Shown: piece after piece, positions 35,255 through 45,743 of the stretch | Layout of the letters: each line of letters begins with the position of its first letter | Numbering within the stretch: position 1 is the stretch's first letter | Source: a virus | DNA length: 64,000 nt | Direction: 5' to 3' (one strand) | IMG/VR virus record: IMGVR_UViG_3300010354_000044 | Location: 96,001 to 160,000 of that record | Notes under the pieces: generated by a model | Seen by the model: the letters and a program-made list of their open reading frames with translations, nothing else | The model's database searches: none | What the model was told of the DNA's origin: nothing | Position numbers and translations under genes: made by a program

Positions 35255-37135
35255 ATGTCTCTAATCCTCTCAGAAGCTAACGTAACAAGTAACCTTAAGG
35301 ACCCGGAGGATATTGGCGCCCGGATTATTGAACGGCTTGACAGCGGGCATAATGTCTGTGTATTTGGCCAGCCCGGTACTGGAAAGACAACCCTAATTCA
35401 CCGAATCGTCCGCGAATCTAAGGACAAGCCCGTGCGGGTTATCTGTGTTGCAGCAACGGGGCGGGCTGCTATGAATATGGTGGATGGTATTACTATCCAC
35501 CGGTTTGCTGGCCTTATGATCGGCGATTTATCCTACTATCCATATATGGATGTAGAAGGTAAAAAGCACGTAGAGACTCATCGGTATAAAGTGGGTAGAA
35601 TGATGTACCCCCGCAAGCATACTAGGGAAAATCTAGAGAAAGTTTCCCCTCTATGTCTAGCTCCCCGCCTACTCATCATCGTAGATGAATTAGGGATAGC
35701 TACCTCTGAGCTATTTACCTTATTCTACGAACGGATTATGTGGCGGCGTAGAGACTCTGGTCTAAGTATGGACGGAGTTACCTGGGCCCTATTCGGTGAC
35801 TTTGGGCAAATGCTACCACCGACCTTAAACGCCCGCTTACTCTTTGAGCCTACAAAGTTCCTAATTCAGACCACTGTAGATAAAAAAGTTCCTATTAATC
35901 GGCCCAATGCGTTTAGTGTAACCCCTGTATCTGATAGCAATATAGGCGCTCACTTTGAAGTCCACGCGCTTACAAAGATTTGGCGCCAAGCTGACCCTAT
36001 TTATCTACAGGTAGTTAACTGGCTGTACTGGGGTAAAGGCATTCACCCAGCATTATTAGAGCGTGTTTATGAAACACCCCCCGAGAATGCTGTAACTATT
36101 TACTTCAACAACGACAAAGTACTCAGCGAGAATACTGCGTTTATCAAAAATTTTATGGAACGGCATGCTAATAATACGATCGTCAAAAGAACCTTTAGGG
36201 CGATCTATAGCAATATGCCTGAGAAGCCTAACACTAGCATCTGGCGAGACTTACTACCTGTAACCAAAGAATATACGATCGCCATTGCCCGGGGCAGCGA
36301 TGGTTCCTTAATTGAAGGTATGCCTTTCATGGTTACAGTTAATGTACCCGACCCAGGTAACAAAGAGAAACTATTAGTAGCTAATGGGGAACTGGTTACC
36401 ATCATTGACATATCCGACACAGCCGTTACCGCCCTAAAAAGTAATGGCACAGAAGTCTACTTAGATTATGTAGACCATCTTTTCAGTGATACCGCTAGGA
36501 GTAACGGTAAGACCGCTAAGTTCTTAATGCTGCCAGGATATCCCGGGCACAGCTGTACTATTTATAAAGTACAAGGATTAACCTTTGATGAGGGTAACCC
36601 TAGGACCTACGCAGTCTGGGAAGTTGTCCCTAATTCTACTAAGACTAAACCTTTAAACAGAGCCGGCGCCCTAACAGTATGCTTCAGCCGTAACCGAAGC
36701 TTGGATGATGTTTATATTACCGGACCCTCTGGGGATGTAAACGAGACTCTAAGTTACTTACAGCAGTCGCTAGTTACTGATGACCGTGTTATTAAATTTT
36801 TATTAGATGGTAAAGAACCTACATGGGTAAGGTTAAGCGACTATAGTTTTGTAGAGCTAACGTCTGTAGAGGAGCAAGCTATCAAAATTAAAGGGGAAAA
36901 CTCTACCCTGTACTGGGGCTCATTTGACCTTTATAACTGGGAGGAAGAATTAACCTGCACTAACTATAGGATAGGTTTTGTTAGACTTGAAGATAATACT
37001 ATCCCATTGTTTATAGGTAACAGCCAAACTCCTATCGGGAACGAGCTGCAAAGCCTTAACAAGCTGTTGCGCACAATTTTCAATATCTGGTATAGAGATT
37101 ACAAACCTAAGAGTATTTACAAAATTAATCAATAA
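35255..37135 (+). CDS. Pif1/RecD-like SF1B helicase
   Basis: GQPGTGKT, ATGRAA, TIHRF, VDE, GDFGQ, WRQAD, TIYKVQGLT, SR. Confidence 0.9.
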   Translation: MSLILSEANVTSNLKDPEDIGARIIERLDSGHNVCVFGQPGTGKTTLIHRIVRESKDKPVRVICVAATGRAAMNMVDGITIHRFAGLMIGDLSYYPYMDVEGKKHVETHRYKVGRMMYPRKHTRENLEKVSPLCLAPRLLIIVDELGIATSELFTLFYERIMWRRRDSGLSMDGVTWALFGDFGQMLPPTLNARLLFEPTKFLIQTTVDKKVPINRPNAFSVTPVSDSNIGAHFEVHALTKIWRQADPIYLQVVNWLYWGKGIHPALLERVYETPPENAVTIYFNNDKVLSENTAFIKNFMERHANNTIVKRTFRAIYSNMPEKPNTSIWRDLLPVTKEYTIAIARGSDGSLIEGMPFMVTVNVPDPGNKEKLLVANGELVTIIDISDTAVTALKSNGTEVYLDYVDHLFSDTARSNGKTAKFLMLPGYPGHSCTIYKVQGLTFDEGNPRTYAVWEVVPNSTKTKPLNRAGALTVCFSRNRSLDDVYITGPSGDVNETLSYLQQSLVTDDRVIKFLLDGKEPTWVRLSDYSFVELTSVEEQAIKIKGENSTLYWGSFDLYNWEEELTCTNYRIGFVRLEDNTIPLFIGNSQTPIGNELQSLNKLLRTIFNIWYRDYKPKSIYKINQ

Positions 37136-37137
37136 CT

Positions 37138-39606
37138 ATGGCTATTGTTAACCACAATCCCGGACCGGAGGTTACAAGCAATGTTCCGGGCGAACCCAAG
37201 CGACTTCAATCCCATCTAACAGTTGATGAGGGAGGTATCTCTCTATTAACAAGTACGCTGACTAATACGCTATACCCCGACATTGTAAGGACGGTGGTCA
37301 GGGAGCTACTGAGTAATGCTTATGATGAACATCGTAAGTATGGTGTCACCAAGCGGGTAGATATCAGTCTGCCTACGATGAATGATGCAAATCCTGTTTT
37401 GATTATCCAGGATTATGCCCATGGTATGAATTATGACTTTCTTACTAACCACCTGCTAGAGATTGGATTTAGCACAAAACGAGCCACAAACAAGCAAGTC
37501 GGAAAGTACGGATTAGGCCTGAAGTCCGCGTGGGGCTACCTCGAAGTGGAAAGGCTAGAGCAGTTTGCTTTAGAGTCTGTATTTCTAGACTCTGAAACTG
37601 GTTCCTTGCGTAAGATCGTGCTGAGCTGCTACCGAGATTCAAAAACAGGTAGCCCGGCTGCAGAAATTATTTACGATGGGCCTGCCTCTAGTGATGCAGA
37701 AACCGGGTGTAAATTTACTATCCCGGTACGTAGGTCAACTATTGATAAAATTGTTACTGAAGTTAGTGAGATTTATAATGAAGCTCACCTAAATGTTATT
37801 AACAAGCCTCAGAAGTTCTGGGGATGGCCTAACTTTGAAGGTAAGCACACTATCTTCACCTTTAACGGGGAGCTGTCAGAGCTAAACTATGAATTGACCT
37901 ATGTCTGTAATGAGAACGTTAAGTCGTCGTTTCTACCTTCGCCTACCTGTGATGCTAGAATCTACGTTGCGGACATGCCGTACACTGCTAATGAGTTGTT
38001 GCCAGGCTGTTGGTCCGAACCGACTGAGTTCTGTGCATACCTTAGGAACCGGGGAGACTTACTTCGCTCGGCCCCTGCAAGTCAGTTTGCCTGCTTTTAT
38101 CTAAAAATCCATGTAAAGGAGTTAGGTGCTATTGCGTTATCTCCTGACCGGACCCGTATCCTGAGCGAGTCTCACAAAAAGGTTGTTACCTGGTTCAGGG
38201 AGATACGTCACAAATTCCTCGCTGAAATGCAGAATACGTTAAATAGCCTCAATAACCCTATTGAAGCATTTGGGTATCTAAAAGAGCATTTCCATGAGGA
38301 ACCATCTTGCATCTACTGGCGAAACGGGTACTACCCATCCAAGCGTTATATTACCCACCGGAATTACACTGACGTTCTAGAATCCTACGATAATGATAAT
38401 AATCAAGTTAATACAGCCCGCCCCCGGCCCCTTACTCGGCTAATTACGGCTGCTATTAGCAATCGCTCAGTAAGCTTGGCCAAGGTGTACTTCTACTGTC
38501 CTGAAGCTAATAACCTCCTAGCACTGCCACCTAAGCGGTTAACGGAGGTAAAAGATTTCTTTATGTCCATTGAGGACTTTAAGACCTTCAAGATTATTCT
38601 GACAAAGACTGACTGTAAACCCTTTACAGAAAAGCAGATTAAGGATAAAGGACTAGAAAATACTAGCTTTTGCTTAGTTAGATGTAAAAATAGGGACAGC
38701 ATACCGACACCTTTAAAACAGACAAAAGATTATTTATCTGATTTGGGCATAAATTTTGAGGAGTACCAACAGAAGGACGCCAATAAGAGAAAGCTTGAAA
38801 GTCTATGGATTGGGTTATACAAGACCGAGAACTTGAGAAATAGCGACGATGTACCTGAGAAGCTTACTAAGGAGGAATGGGTAAAGCTATTAAATACCAA
38901 AGGTTTTGCTTTTAAGAAAAAGGATAATTACCATTATGGTTCAAGAGGAGATAGCTTTCTGATGGAACAAGGCGTCCCACTAGTGCTGGCTACTGATAGT
39001 GCTTACAAGGCATTATTAGAAGCAAGTAAAGGTGTTACTGTAAATAAGGACTTAATAGTTGAAGGGTTTGGGTCCGCAGAGAAAGTTATTATTAGTTTGC
39101 TAGAGCATCTGCGGGAAACCTACCCCGAACTAGACCGGGTTATGTATTTTGCTGAGTCTAATACCCTAAGTAAAATTCAGTTGTTTGGGCAGGGGGGTAT
39201 GCCTCTCAGTGATGACATGAAGGACAAAGTACGCGTCCTTGTTAATAGCTACTACGCATACCATGCGGCCCGAAGAGATGGTAAGCTAAAACAGCTTACA
39301 TGGCATACGTTCAGAAGCAGCATGCCGTCGGCCTATGCTGATGGGCGGGGGACGTGCATTATCAAATATATGGAGGACCTAGAGTTTCTAAAAGAGCTTG
39401 ACAGTTGTTATTACGACGACGTGTTAGAATCTATTAGAACCAACAAACTTTTAAAGTCTATTGAGAACAAACTGCATCTCATTCAAGAATACATTGCATA
39501 CAGGATTGCCGGCATCTGCCCGTTAAAATCGGCGTTCCTATGTAACGGTGGTACCTACGACCCCGTAATGCTCCGAGTTTTAGACAACTACATCCAAAAA
39601 CCCTAA
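37138..39606 (+). CDS. rIIA: rIIA-like protein (GHKL ATPase N-terminus)
   Basis: LY...VRELLSNAYD, QDYAHGM, STKR.TN.QVGKYGLGLKS. Confidence 0.8.
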   Translation: MAIVNHNPGPEVTSNVPGEPKRLQSHLTVDEGGISLLTSTLTNTLYPDIVRTVVRELLSNAYDEHRKYGVTKRVDISLPTMNDANPVLIIQDYAHGMNYDFLTNHLLEIGFSTKRATNKQVGKYGLGLKSAWGYLEVERLEQFALESVFLDSETGSLRKIVLSCYRDSKTGSPAAEIIYDGPASSDAETGCKFTIPVRRSTIDKIVTEVSEIYNEAHLNVINKPQKFWGWPNFEGKHTIFTFNGELSELNYELTYVCNENVKSSFLPSPTCDARIYVADMPYTANELLPGCWSEPTEFCAYLRNRGDLLRSAPASQFACFYLKIHVKELGAIALSPDRTRILSESHKKVVTWFREIRHKFLAEMQNTLNSLNNPIEAFGYLKEHFHEEPSCIYWRNGYYPSKRYITHRNYTDVLESYDNDNNQVNTARPRPLTRLITAAISNRSVSLAKVYFYCPEANNLLALPPKRLTEVKDFFMSIEDFKTFKIILTKTDCKPFTEKQIKDKGLENTSFCLVRCKNRDSIPTPLKQTKDYLSDLGINFEEYQQKDANKRKLESLWIGLYKTENLRNSDDVPEKLTKEEWVKLLNTKGFAFKKKDNYHYGSRGDSFLMEQGVPLVLATDSAYKALLEASKGVTVNKDLIVEGFGSAEKVIISLLEHLRETYPELDRVMYFAESNTLSKIQLFGQGGMPLSDDMKDKVRVLVNSYYAYHAARRDGKLKQLTWHTFRSSMPSAYADGRGTCIIKYMEDLEFLKELDSCYYDDVLESIRTNKLLKSIENKLHLIQEYIAYRIAGICPLKSAFLCNGGTYDPVMLRVLDNYIQKP

Positions 39607-39618
39607 GAGGTACTTCTA

Positions 39619-40506
39619 ATGTATAGCTGGACAATGACTGAAGGCAGCCTTTGTGTTGCTAACCAAAACGGCACGACAGTATTCAATAAGAACAGCACGC
39701 CGTTCTTTGAACACCTTGTAGACGCTGTTCTGAATGGTACTCAAGGAGATAATCTTGGAGAGTTTACCTCCAAGAAGTACAAAACTATTATGGAAGAACG
39801 CTTCCAAAAGTTAAGATCGCACCCTGCGCTATACCAACTTGTCAGTAAGTTTGCAGGCGACTCGGCACCCTTACTGCGAAACGCAATGACCAACTTCCTG
39901 CATAATGTGTTGGAAAATAGACTCGTCGTCCAAAAGATTGAAGATAATTTTGCTGGCACTGAGGACATTATCAACGAGCTTCTGTCCTTGAACATTGTCC
40001 GCAGTGTTCTCGAGAAGAAGGTTGCGCTTACCTTTGACGGCCAGGTTGTATTGTACAACCGGGCCTCCTGGGTTAAGTTTGACGGCAGCCTGGATAACTG
40101 GGCCCAGGACGATATTCCTCTTGTACCTATTCAAGGCAGCTGCGACCAATTGGTAGCGACCATGGATTACGTTAATGGCATGTGCTCTGACCAAGGCCGT
40201 ATTAATAGCATCATGGTGAATCCGGCTCACTTGCATCAAGAAGGTTGCAGCGATGACAAAGTCTTTAAGGCACGGGAATACACGCCGCTGGGCCCTCTGG
40301 AAGAAGGCAATGATCCCAATACTGGTGTTCGTCTTATCTACACCCAGTATTGCGATGCCGGCACTCTCCGGGTAAACCTACCCTTGACCCAGGATAACTG
40401 GAATTCGTACTTGTATAGTCTGCGTGGTGCTCGAGTAGAGGGTACTAGCGTAGAGACTGATCTGTTGCAGGTGGAAGCTGTACCCATGGTAAGCGCTAGT
40501 TGCTAG
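39619..40506 (+). CDS. rIIB: rIIB-like protein
   Basis: Directly follows the rIIA-like gene; NFL...LTxDG...DY...MVNPAH pattern. Confidence 0.55.
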   Translation: MYSWTMTEGSLCVANQNGTTVFNKNSTPFFEHLVDAVLNGTQGDNLGEFTSKKYKTIMEERFQKLRSHPALYQLVSKFAGDSAPLLRNAMTNFLHNVLENRLVVQKIEDNFAGTEDIINELLSLNIVRSVLEKKVALTFDGQVVLYNRASWVKFDGSLDNWAQDDIPLVPIQGSCDQLVATMDYVNGMCSDQGRINSIMVNPAHLHQEGCSDDKVFKAREYTPLGPLEEGNDPNTGVRLIYTQYCDAGTLRVNLPLTQDNWNSYLYSLRGARVEGTSVETDLLQVEAVPMVSASC

Positions 40507-40540
40507 ATTTAAGCTCCTCGTAGCTAAGTACGTAAAAGAA

Positions 40541-40577
40541 GGCCGCTGATACTCATCAGCGGCTCTCTCTTTTTTTT
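40541..40577 (+). terminator. intrinsic terminator
   Basis: GCCGCTGAT-ACTC-ATCAGCGGC then a T run. Confidence 0.7.
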
Positions 40578-40619
40578 ACTTTTCAGTATACTTATAAAGA
40601 GTTATATTAAAAAGTAATA

Positions 40620-41114
40620 ATGGATATAAAGCACGGGAGTAAAGCTGATAGCAGCTTAGGTCACTTAACTAACAGTCTTAAAGAATGCAGGGGAGATAGC
40701 ACGGCTATCTCACTAATGGTTCTAAATAATTACACTAAGCTCTACGCGGACCCACAGGGCTTAATTAATGCCATTAAAGAGTTGCCGACCTATCCCCACT
40801 CTTTAATTTATTTGCTGGAAATGGTAGCAGACCATCTCTACATCACCCAAGAATTTATAGGTACCGGAAATCAGTTACACCTTGAGTTGCTTAAAAATAG
40901 GGATATTAGGCGTAAACTTCAAGTAAACGCCTTCAGAGCCTTGCAAGCATCGTCTATGGAAGATTTACCTACCACAGCAACTTGGGTACTAACTTATCTA
41001 AGAAAGATTAATATCCTGTGGCCTTCGTTAATGCTGTATGAGAAAGCTCTACTCTATAACTATAAGCTAGGAAGGAAGTCTCAACAGCCGTCGGTAAAAC
41101 CTTACATTTTGTGA
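40620..41114 (+). CDS. hypothetical protein
   Basis: 164-aa ORF. Confidence 0.55.
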   Translation: MDIKHGSKADSSLGHLTNSLKECRGDSTAISLMVLNNYTKLYADPQGLINAIKELPTYPHSLIYLLEMVADHLYITQEFIGTGNQLHLELLKNRDIRRKLQVNAFRALQASSMEDLPTTATWVLTYLRKINILWPSLMLYEKALLYNYKLGRKSQQPSVKPYIL

Positions 41115-41197
41115 GCTAGCTCACCGCTGTATATAATTTTTACGCTATAAGTGTGGTCAACTTATAGAATAATGGTATACACTATGTACTTAATTAC

Positions 41198-42520
41198 ATG
41201 GTATACGCAATGACTAGGAAGCCTTCTGGGACTAAATCTACCGACCTAACACAAGGTTCATTTGACTACAGCCAATTTGGGATTAATAGCGCCCGGCTTC
41301 AAGGACTTACAGAATCAATCAAAACCCGGTTTCGGGACAGCTACATTGCTATGATTGATGTAGGTAATTACCTGATTGAAGTAAAGGACCTCCTAGAGCA
41401 CGGTGAGTTCACCGAATGGATTAGGTTAGAACTAGAGCCTGCTTTTGGGTTAACCTACTCTAAGGTTAATAACGTAATGAACCTAGCTAAGGAGTACGAA
41501 TCAGTTAAGGGAACCCCGCACGAGGCTGCGTTTCATACAATTGCATCTAATGAACTGGCGGCCATTTATAGACTTAGTACAGCTGATACCGTTCTTAAGA
41601 GCGCCATCTACGAAGCAACATCAGAGGTCAATATCCCGTCTAGAAAAAGCATTGAGCAAGCTAAAGCTATTGTGCGCAAGCACAATCTAGAGCAGCAGGA
41701 AATCACCCCGGAGGCCCGGGCTTATTTAGCTCAGTCTGCAATTGCAGAGGATGTCCGTGAGCTACAACGCATTGAAAAATTACCTAAGAAGACTCAATTG
41801 TTAGTTAGCAAAGCCCTGGTTTGCGGCGCTGCTGCCTCTACAAAAGAAGCCCTTCAGCAGATAAAAGAAAGTAAGGAGCCCGAAGCCAGCACTATAGATA
41901 CAGTAGCCGTTACTATACCGGACGCCATTAACCCTAAGGATTTTCTAAAGGTCTACACTGGAACACCTATCACAGCTATAAAGAAGATTCCCGACGATAG
42001 TATTAACATAGCTATTATAGAGGCTCCCTTAAAGTTTGACTGGGTTCAAGTAGAATTCCCACTTTTGCTAAAAACTATTGAGCCTAAACTTAAAGCCGGT
42101 GGTCTCGCTATTATCTCAATGGGTCATAAGGCCATCTGCGCTACCTACGATATAGTTGAGGCCTGTGGTTTACATGTGCTACAGCCTTTGGTGCTTCGGC
42201 TACAACCCGGGCGCACGTCTACTATTATTGGCGTGAACATTATGACAGCTAGTCGATTAGCGTTATGCTGCTTCAAGTCTCCTTACCGGCAGCCTCAGGG
42301 GTTAGTTGTTGACCTTCAAACCGTAGGACAAGAGGATGATACCCAGGATTCTGTCCCTTCTGGTATTGAAGCCGGGTTTGGAAAGTTTCTAACGCAGTTT
42401 AGCCACGCCGAAGATACTGTAGCCCATATCCAATTAAGTCCCTCCTTAAATTTTGGAATGCGCGACTACTTAGTAGAAACATCTAAATCATTTGCTAATC
42501 AGTTCATATGTGTTGGCTAG
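41198..42520 (+). CDS. DUF3102 domain fused to a degenerate DNA methyltransferase-like fold
   Basis: DVGNYLIEVKDLLEHGEFTEW; IPDDSINIAIIEAPL...LKAGG. Confidence 0.65.
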   Translation: MVYAMTRKPSGTKSTDLTQGSFDYSQFGINSARLQGLTESIKTRFRDSYIAMIDVGNYLIEVKDLLEHGEFTEWIRLELEPAFGLTYSKVNNVMNLAKEYESVKGTPHEAAFHTIASNELAAIYRLSTADTVLKSAIYEATSEVNIPSRKSIEQAKAIVRKHNLEQQEITPEARAYLAQSAIAEDVRELQRIEKLPKKTQLLVSKALVCGAAASTKEALQQIKESKEPEASTIDTVAVTIPDAINPKDFLKVYTGTPITAIKKIPDDSINIAIIEAPLKFDWVQVEFPLLLKTIEPKLKAGGLAIISMGHKAICATYDIVEACGLHVLQPLVLRLQPGRTSTIIGVNIMTASRLALCCFKSPYRQPQGLVVDLQTVGQEDDTQDSVPSGIEAGFGKFLTQFSHAEDTVAHIQLSPSLNFGMRDYLVETSKSFANQFICVG

Positions 42521-42567
42521 ACTAGTACACTTAAAATACCCATAATGCTATCAGCTATGGGTATAAC

Positions 42568-43575
42568 ATGAAAAGACTAGTTGTTTGCTGTGATGGAACG
42601 TGGAATCACCTTGATTTACAAACCCCTAGTAATGTAGTTGAGCTTGTAAAATCGTGTAAGTCCCGAGCCAGTGATGGTATTACACAGGTTTTACACTACA
42701 ACTCAGGTATTGGAACAGAAACGGATCTGAAAACTACTTTACTAGGCGGGGCATTTGGCAGAGGTCTAAATCAAGATATCAAAGAGACCTACCGGTTTCT
42801 GTGCCTGAATTACGAATATGGCGATGAGATTTATTTATTCGGATTTAGCCGCGGCGCTTACACAGCACGAAGCCTAGCGGGCTTAATTTACTGCTCCGGG
42901 CTACTACCTCGTCATTATATTGATGCGAGTAATATAGCTTGGAGGAATTACAGAAACAAACACAGGCCCAACTCTGAGCATTGTAAAGAGTTTAGAGAAG
43001 CTTATAGTAGTCGTTCTACGCCTATTACCGTTTTAGGCTGCTGGGATACTGTAGGGGCCTTGGGCATCCCTACTCCTTTTAATCTCTTCAAGAAAAACGG
43101 TTTCCACGACCTGTATTTAAATCGTAGTATTCAATACGCATTTCATGCTATGGCCCTAGACGAGCATCGGCGTATCTTTAACGTAACTCCTATGTATGCC
43201 ACACCAGAAACTGAGCTAGTTAATGCTTGGTTTCCAGGACATCACGGCTGTGTTGGCGGAGGCACTGGTATATTAAAACCCTTATCTAACATTGCTTTAC
43301 TATGGATGATTGACCAAGTCACTTTGTATACCGACCTGGATCTTAATCGCCCGCAGGTAGATACAAACCCAAGCTGCATCTTTAAGAATTCGCTCGGGTT
43401 TTATCGGATTCTAGGCAGACATTATAGGTCTGTGCCTGATTATAGTGAGCTGCACCCTAGTATCCTGCAGCGTCTTGATGACCTACCAAGCTATAAACCT
43501 AAGAATTTAAAGGATCTAAAACGCGCACAGCACCCGCCTACTAGGGGAACTAACCTAAAAGAACATCTTAATTAG
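42568..43575 (+). CDS. DUF2235 alpha/beta hydrolase (Tle1-like phospholipase)
   Basis: KRLVVCCDGTWN, GFSRGA, WDTVGALG, ALDEHR, WFPGHHGCVGGG. Confidence 0.92.
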   Translation: MKRLVVCCDGTWNHLDLQTPSNVVELVKSCKSRASDGITQVLHYNSGIGTETDLKTTLLGGAFGRGLNQDIKETYRFLCLNYEYGDEIYLFGFSRGAYTARSLAGLIYCSGLLPRHYIDASNIAWRNYRNKHRPNSEHCKEFREAYSSRSTPITVLGCWDTVGALGIPTPFNLFKKNGFHDLYLNRSIQYAFHAMALDEHRRIFNVTPMYATPETELVNAWFPGHHGCVGGGTGILKPLSNIALLWMIDQVTLYTDLDLNRPQVDTNPSCIFKNSLGFYRILGRHYRSVPDYSELHPSILQRLDDLPSYKPKNLKDLKRAQHPPTRGTNLKEHLN

Positions 43576-45729
43576 GGGTGTAATTGGGCTAATTGTTCGG
43601 CTACTATTATTTTTAAGAAGGAAACCATCCATAGCCTTGGCTTCTACCATAATACCTGTAGTATCTTCTAGGGTATCTGCAAAGTAATTACCTGGCGCAA
43701 TTTCGGTCTCCCAACTAGGCTGAAATAAAACATCATTGGCTTTGATGTTATTGAATGTTACCGGTAATTCACAACTAACAGTAACACTATTAGCCGGGCT
43801 ACCTTTAGCTGTAATTTCTACCGCAGCGACTTCCTTGTAATTACGTAAGATATAGGCTCGGCCAAGCCTGAACTCGTTACTAACAGCAGAACTTAATGTA
43901 ATAGTCCCCGACGCGGTCGGGCTAGGTGTAATAACCAACTGGCTAATGCTAGCGCTTGTCTCTACCGTAAATCCAATACCCGGTGAAGTTGCTTCAAGAA
44001 TAAAAGCTGTGGAATTTGAAGTGTAGGTAATGGAACGCACAGTCGTTAGTGCACGAGTAGAGATGGCATCTTCAATTTCACCGTATAGGCCCTGGATAAT
44101 AGCAATCCTCTTACTTTCAATCCCAGTACTATTATTAGGAGTCGTGAACGAAAATTTCTGTCCGTCAATAATCACAAACCCTGTAAACGCTCCTTGTATT
44201 AAAGTAGCATTAGTTCCTTGTGGTTCTACGGCAGTACAAAGCACCTGTTGGCGAGCAGTTACACTAACTGGGCTAACGTCAGCACCAATAGTCGTACTAA
44301 AGAACCGGGTCATGGGGAAGCGAATAAACGATTTCTCGCCTGCTCTTAATGTAATAGGTGTAAAAACAAAACGACCCTTGCCCTCAGATACGGGTACTTT
44401 GTAGTCTAAAAGGAATAAACAGTTTAACATTCCCGGGATGGGGAGCGGCGTCGTCTGTAGATTAACAGATGTATTCGTCCCCTCTATCAAAGGGACTTGA
44501 TCAATCTCGTCATCAATAGCAGACTTAAAGACCATAAAGTCTTTAATAACTCTAACTGCTTGCGGGGTAAAATCTAAAGGCCCCTGACTCGCTACAAAAT
44601 TACTATTGTTCAATAGCAACTGAGCTCGTAACTCGTAGTCTACATACAACCTAACACTATGATTAGGTTTGTTTCTAATAATTACCTGAGCAGTTTGAGG
44701 TAACAGCGCTGTATCATTTAAAACAAGATTGCCGCAGGTAACTCTTAGTTTACTGTCAATAATGTCAGCGCGAACATTTCCGGCAGAAAATATAACACCA
44801 TCCCCCTCCCAATCCTCAAGCGTAAATCGGCACGTCCACTCAGACGCTGAACTACCTGTACTCAAACCTGCGAAAGGAGATTGAGGGTAAATCAGAACCT
44901 CTGAAGCTCTAGTAGGGGTTCCAAATGTGCTCTCAATAAAGCTCGTAGGGAACGGATAAGCCTCTAGCTGAAAGCCTCCTAACCCTAACGTTGACTGAGC
45001 CCCTAGCTGCAGTAAGATCGTTACAGTGGTTTCATAATTGCTAGGTACCGCCGCAGTAGGGTTAATACCAACATTAGTATTATAATTTTCTTGATAACTA
45101 ACGTTGGGAATATTAGAAACCGTACCCACCGCAAATTGAAGCACGACCCGCTTGAATTTAGCTATATCATTCTGAAAGGGTTGGTTGGTACCCCAGAAAG
45201 TATCTAAATTAATGCCATCTAACTCCGCATTGGTAATACTGTTACTACCATCAAATGAGATAGCACCGTTAAGGACTGATAGTTTATCAGAGCTAGTAAC
45301 TAACCCCGCCAACGAGCTAATGTAGGCCGATAGGGTATAGAAGCCCGGCTTTAAATTCACCTGCTGGTAAATTACCCTACTCGGCAGACTACCTCCCCCA
45401 CTCGCCGATACCTTATCTGTAAGGTAGTTCTTGGTCATTGACAGATCAGTATCCCGATTGACAGCGACCTCCGAACCAATAGTCCACGCAGGAGCCTCAA
45501 TTTGCTGCGGAGATGCAATAAGGTTAGTCGTACCTGGCTCTAACAGTAGCCCACCCCCATTTAACAAGCGAGGCTCATGGATATTAGATTCTTTAAGAGA
45601 GTACCCGCGCGATTCAATGAATGGCACGTAAGCAGCAGAGGCTCTTTTAAAGGTGGGGATGACACCATTAGCCGGCAAAATAGTACCGGTTAGGTTAAAA
45701 ATAGTTTCTCTAGCTAGATTAATTGGCAT
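43555..45729 (-). CDS. virion structural / fibre protein with carbohydrate-binding-like domains
   Basis: FKRAS...PR...GLLLEPGTTNL, QLEA..FPTSFI...TRA motifs of phage fibre proteins. Confidence 0.7.
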   Translation of the reverse strand: MPINLARETIFNLTGTILPANGVIPTFKRASAAYVPFIESRGYSLKESNIHEPRLLNGGGLLLEPGTTNLIASPQQIEAPAWTIGSEVAVNRDTDLSMTKNYLTDKVSASGGGSLPSRVIYQQVNLKPGFYTLSAYISSLAGLVTSSDKLSVLNGAISFDGSNSITNAELDGINLDTFWGTNQPFQNDIAKFKRVVLQFAVGTVSNIPNVSYQENYNTNVGINPTAAVPSNYETTVTILLQLGAQSTLGLGGFQLEAYPFPTSFIESTFGTPTRASEVLIYPQSPFAGLSTGSSASEWTCRFTLEDWEGDGVIFSAGNVRADIIDSKLRVTCGNLVLNDTALLPQTAQVIIRNKPNHSVRLYVDYELRAQLLLNNSNFVASQGPLDFTPQAVRVIKDFMVFKSAIDDEIDQVPLIEGTNTSVNLQTTPLPIPGMLNCLFLLDYKVPVSEGKGRFVFTPITLRAGEKSFIRFPMTRFFSTTIGADVSPVSVTARQQVLCTAVEPQGTNATLIQGAFTGFVIIDGQKFSFTTPNNSTGIESKRIAIIQGLYGEIEDAISTRALTTVRSITYTSNSTAFILEATSPGIGFTVETSASISQLVITPSPTASGTITLSSAVSNEFRLGRAYILRNYKEVAAVEITAKGSPANSVTVSCELPVTFNNIKANDVLFQPSWETEIAPGNYFADTLEDTTGIMVEAKAMDGFLLKNNSSRTISPITPLIKMFF

Positions 45730-45743
45730 ACTAACCGTTTACT

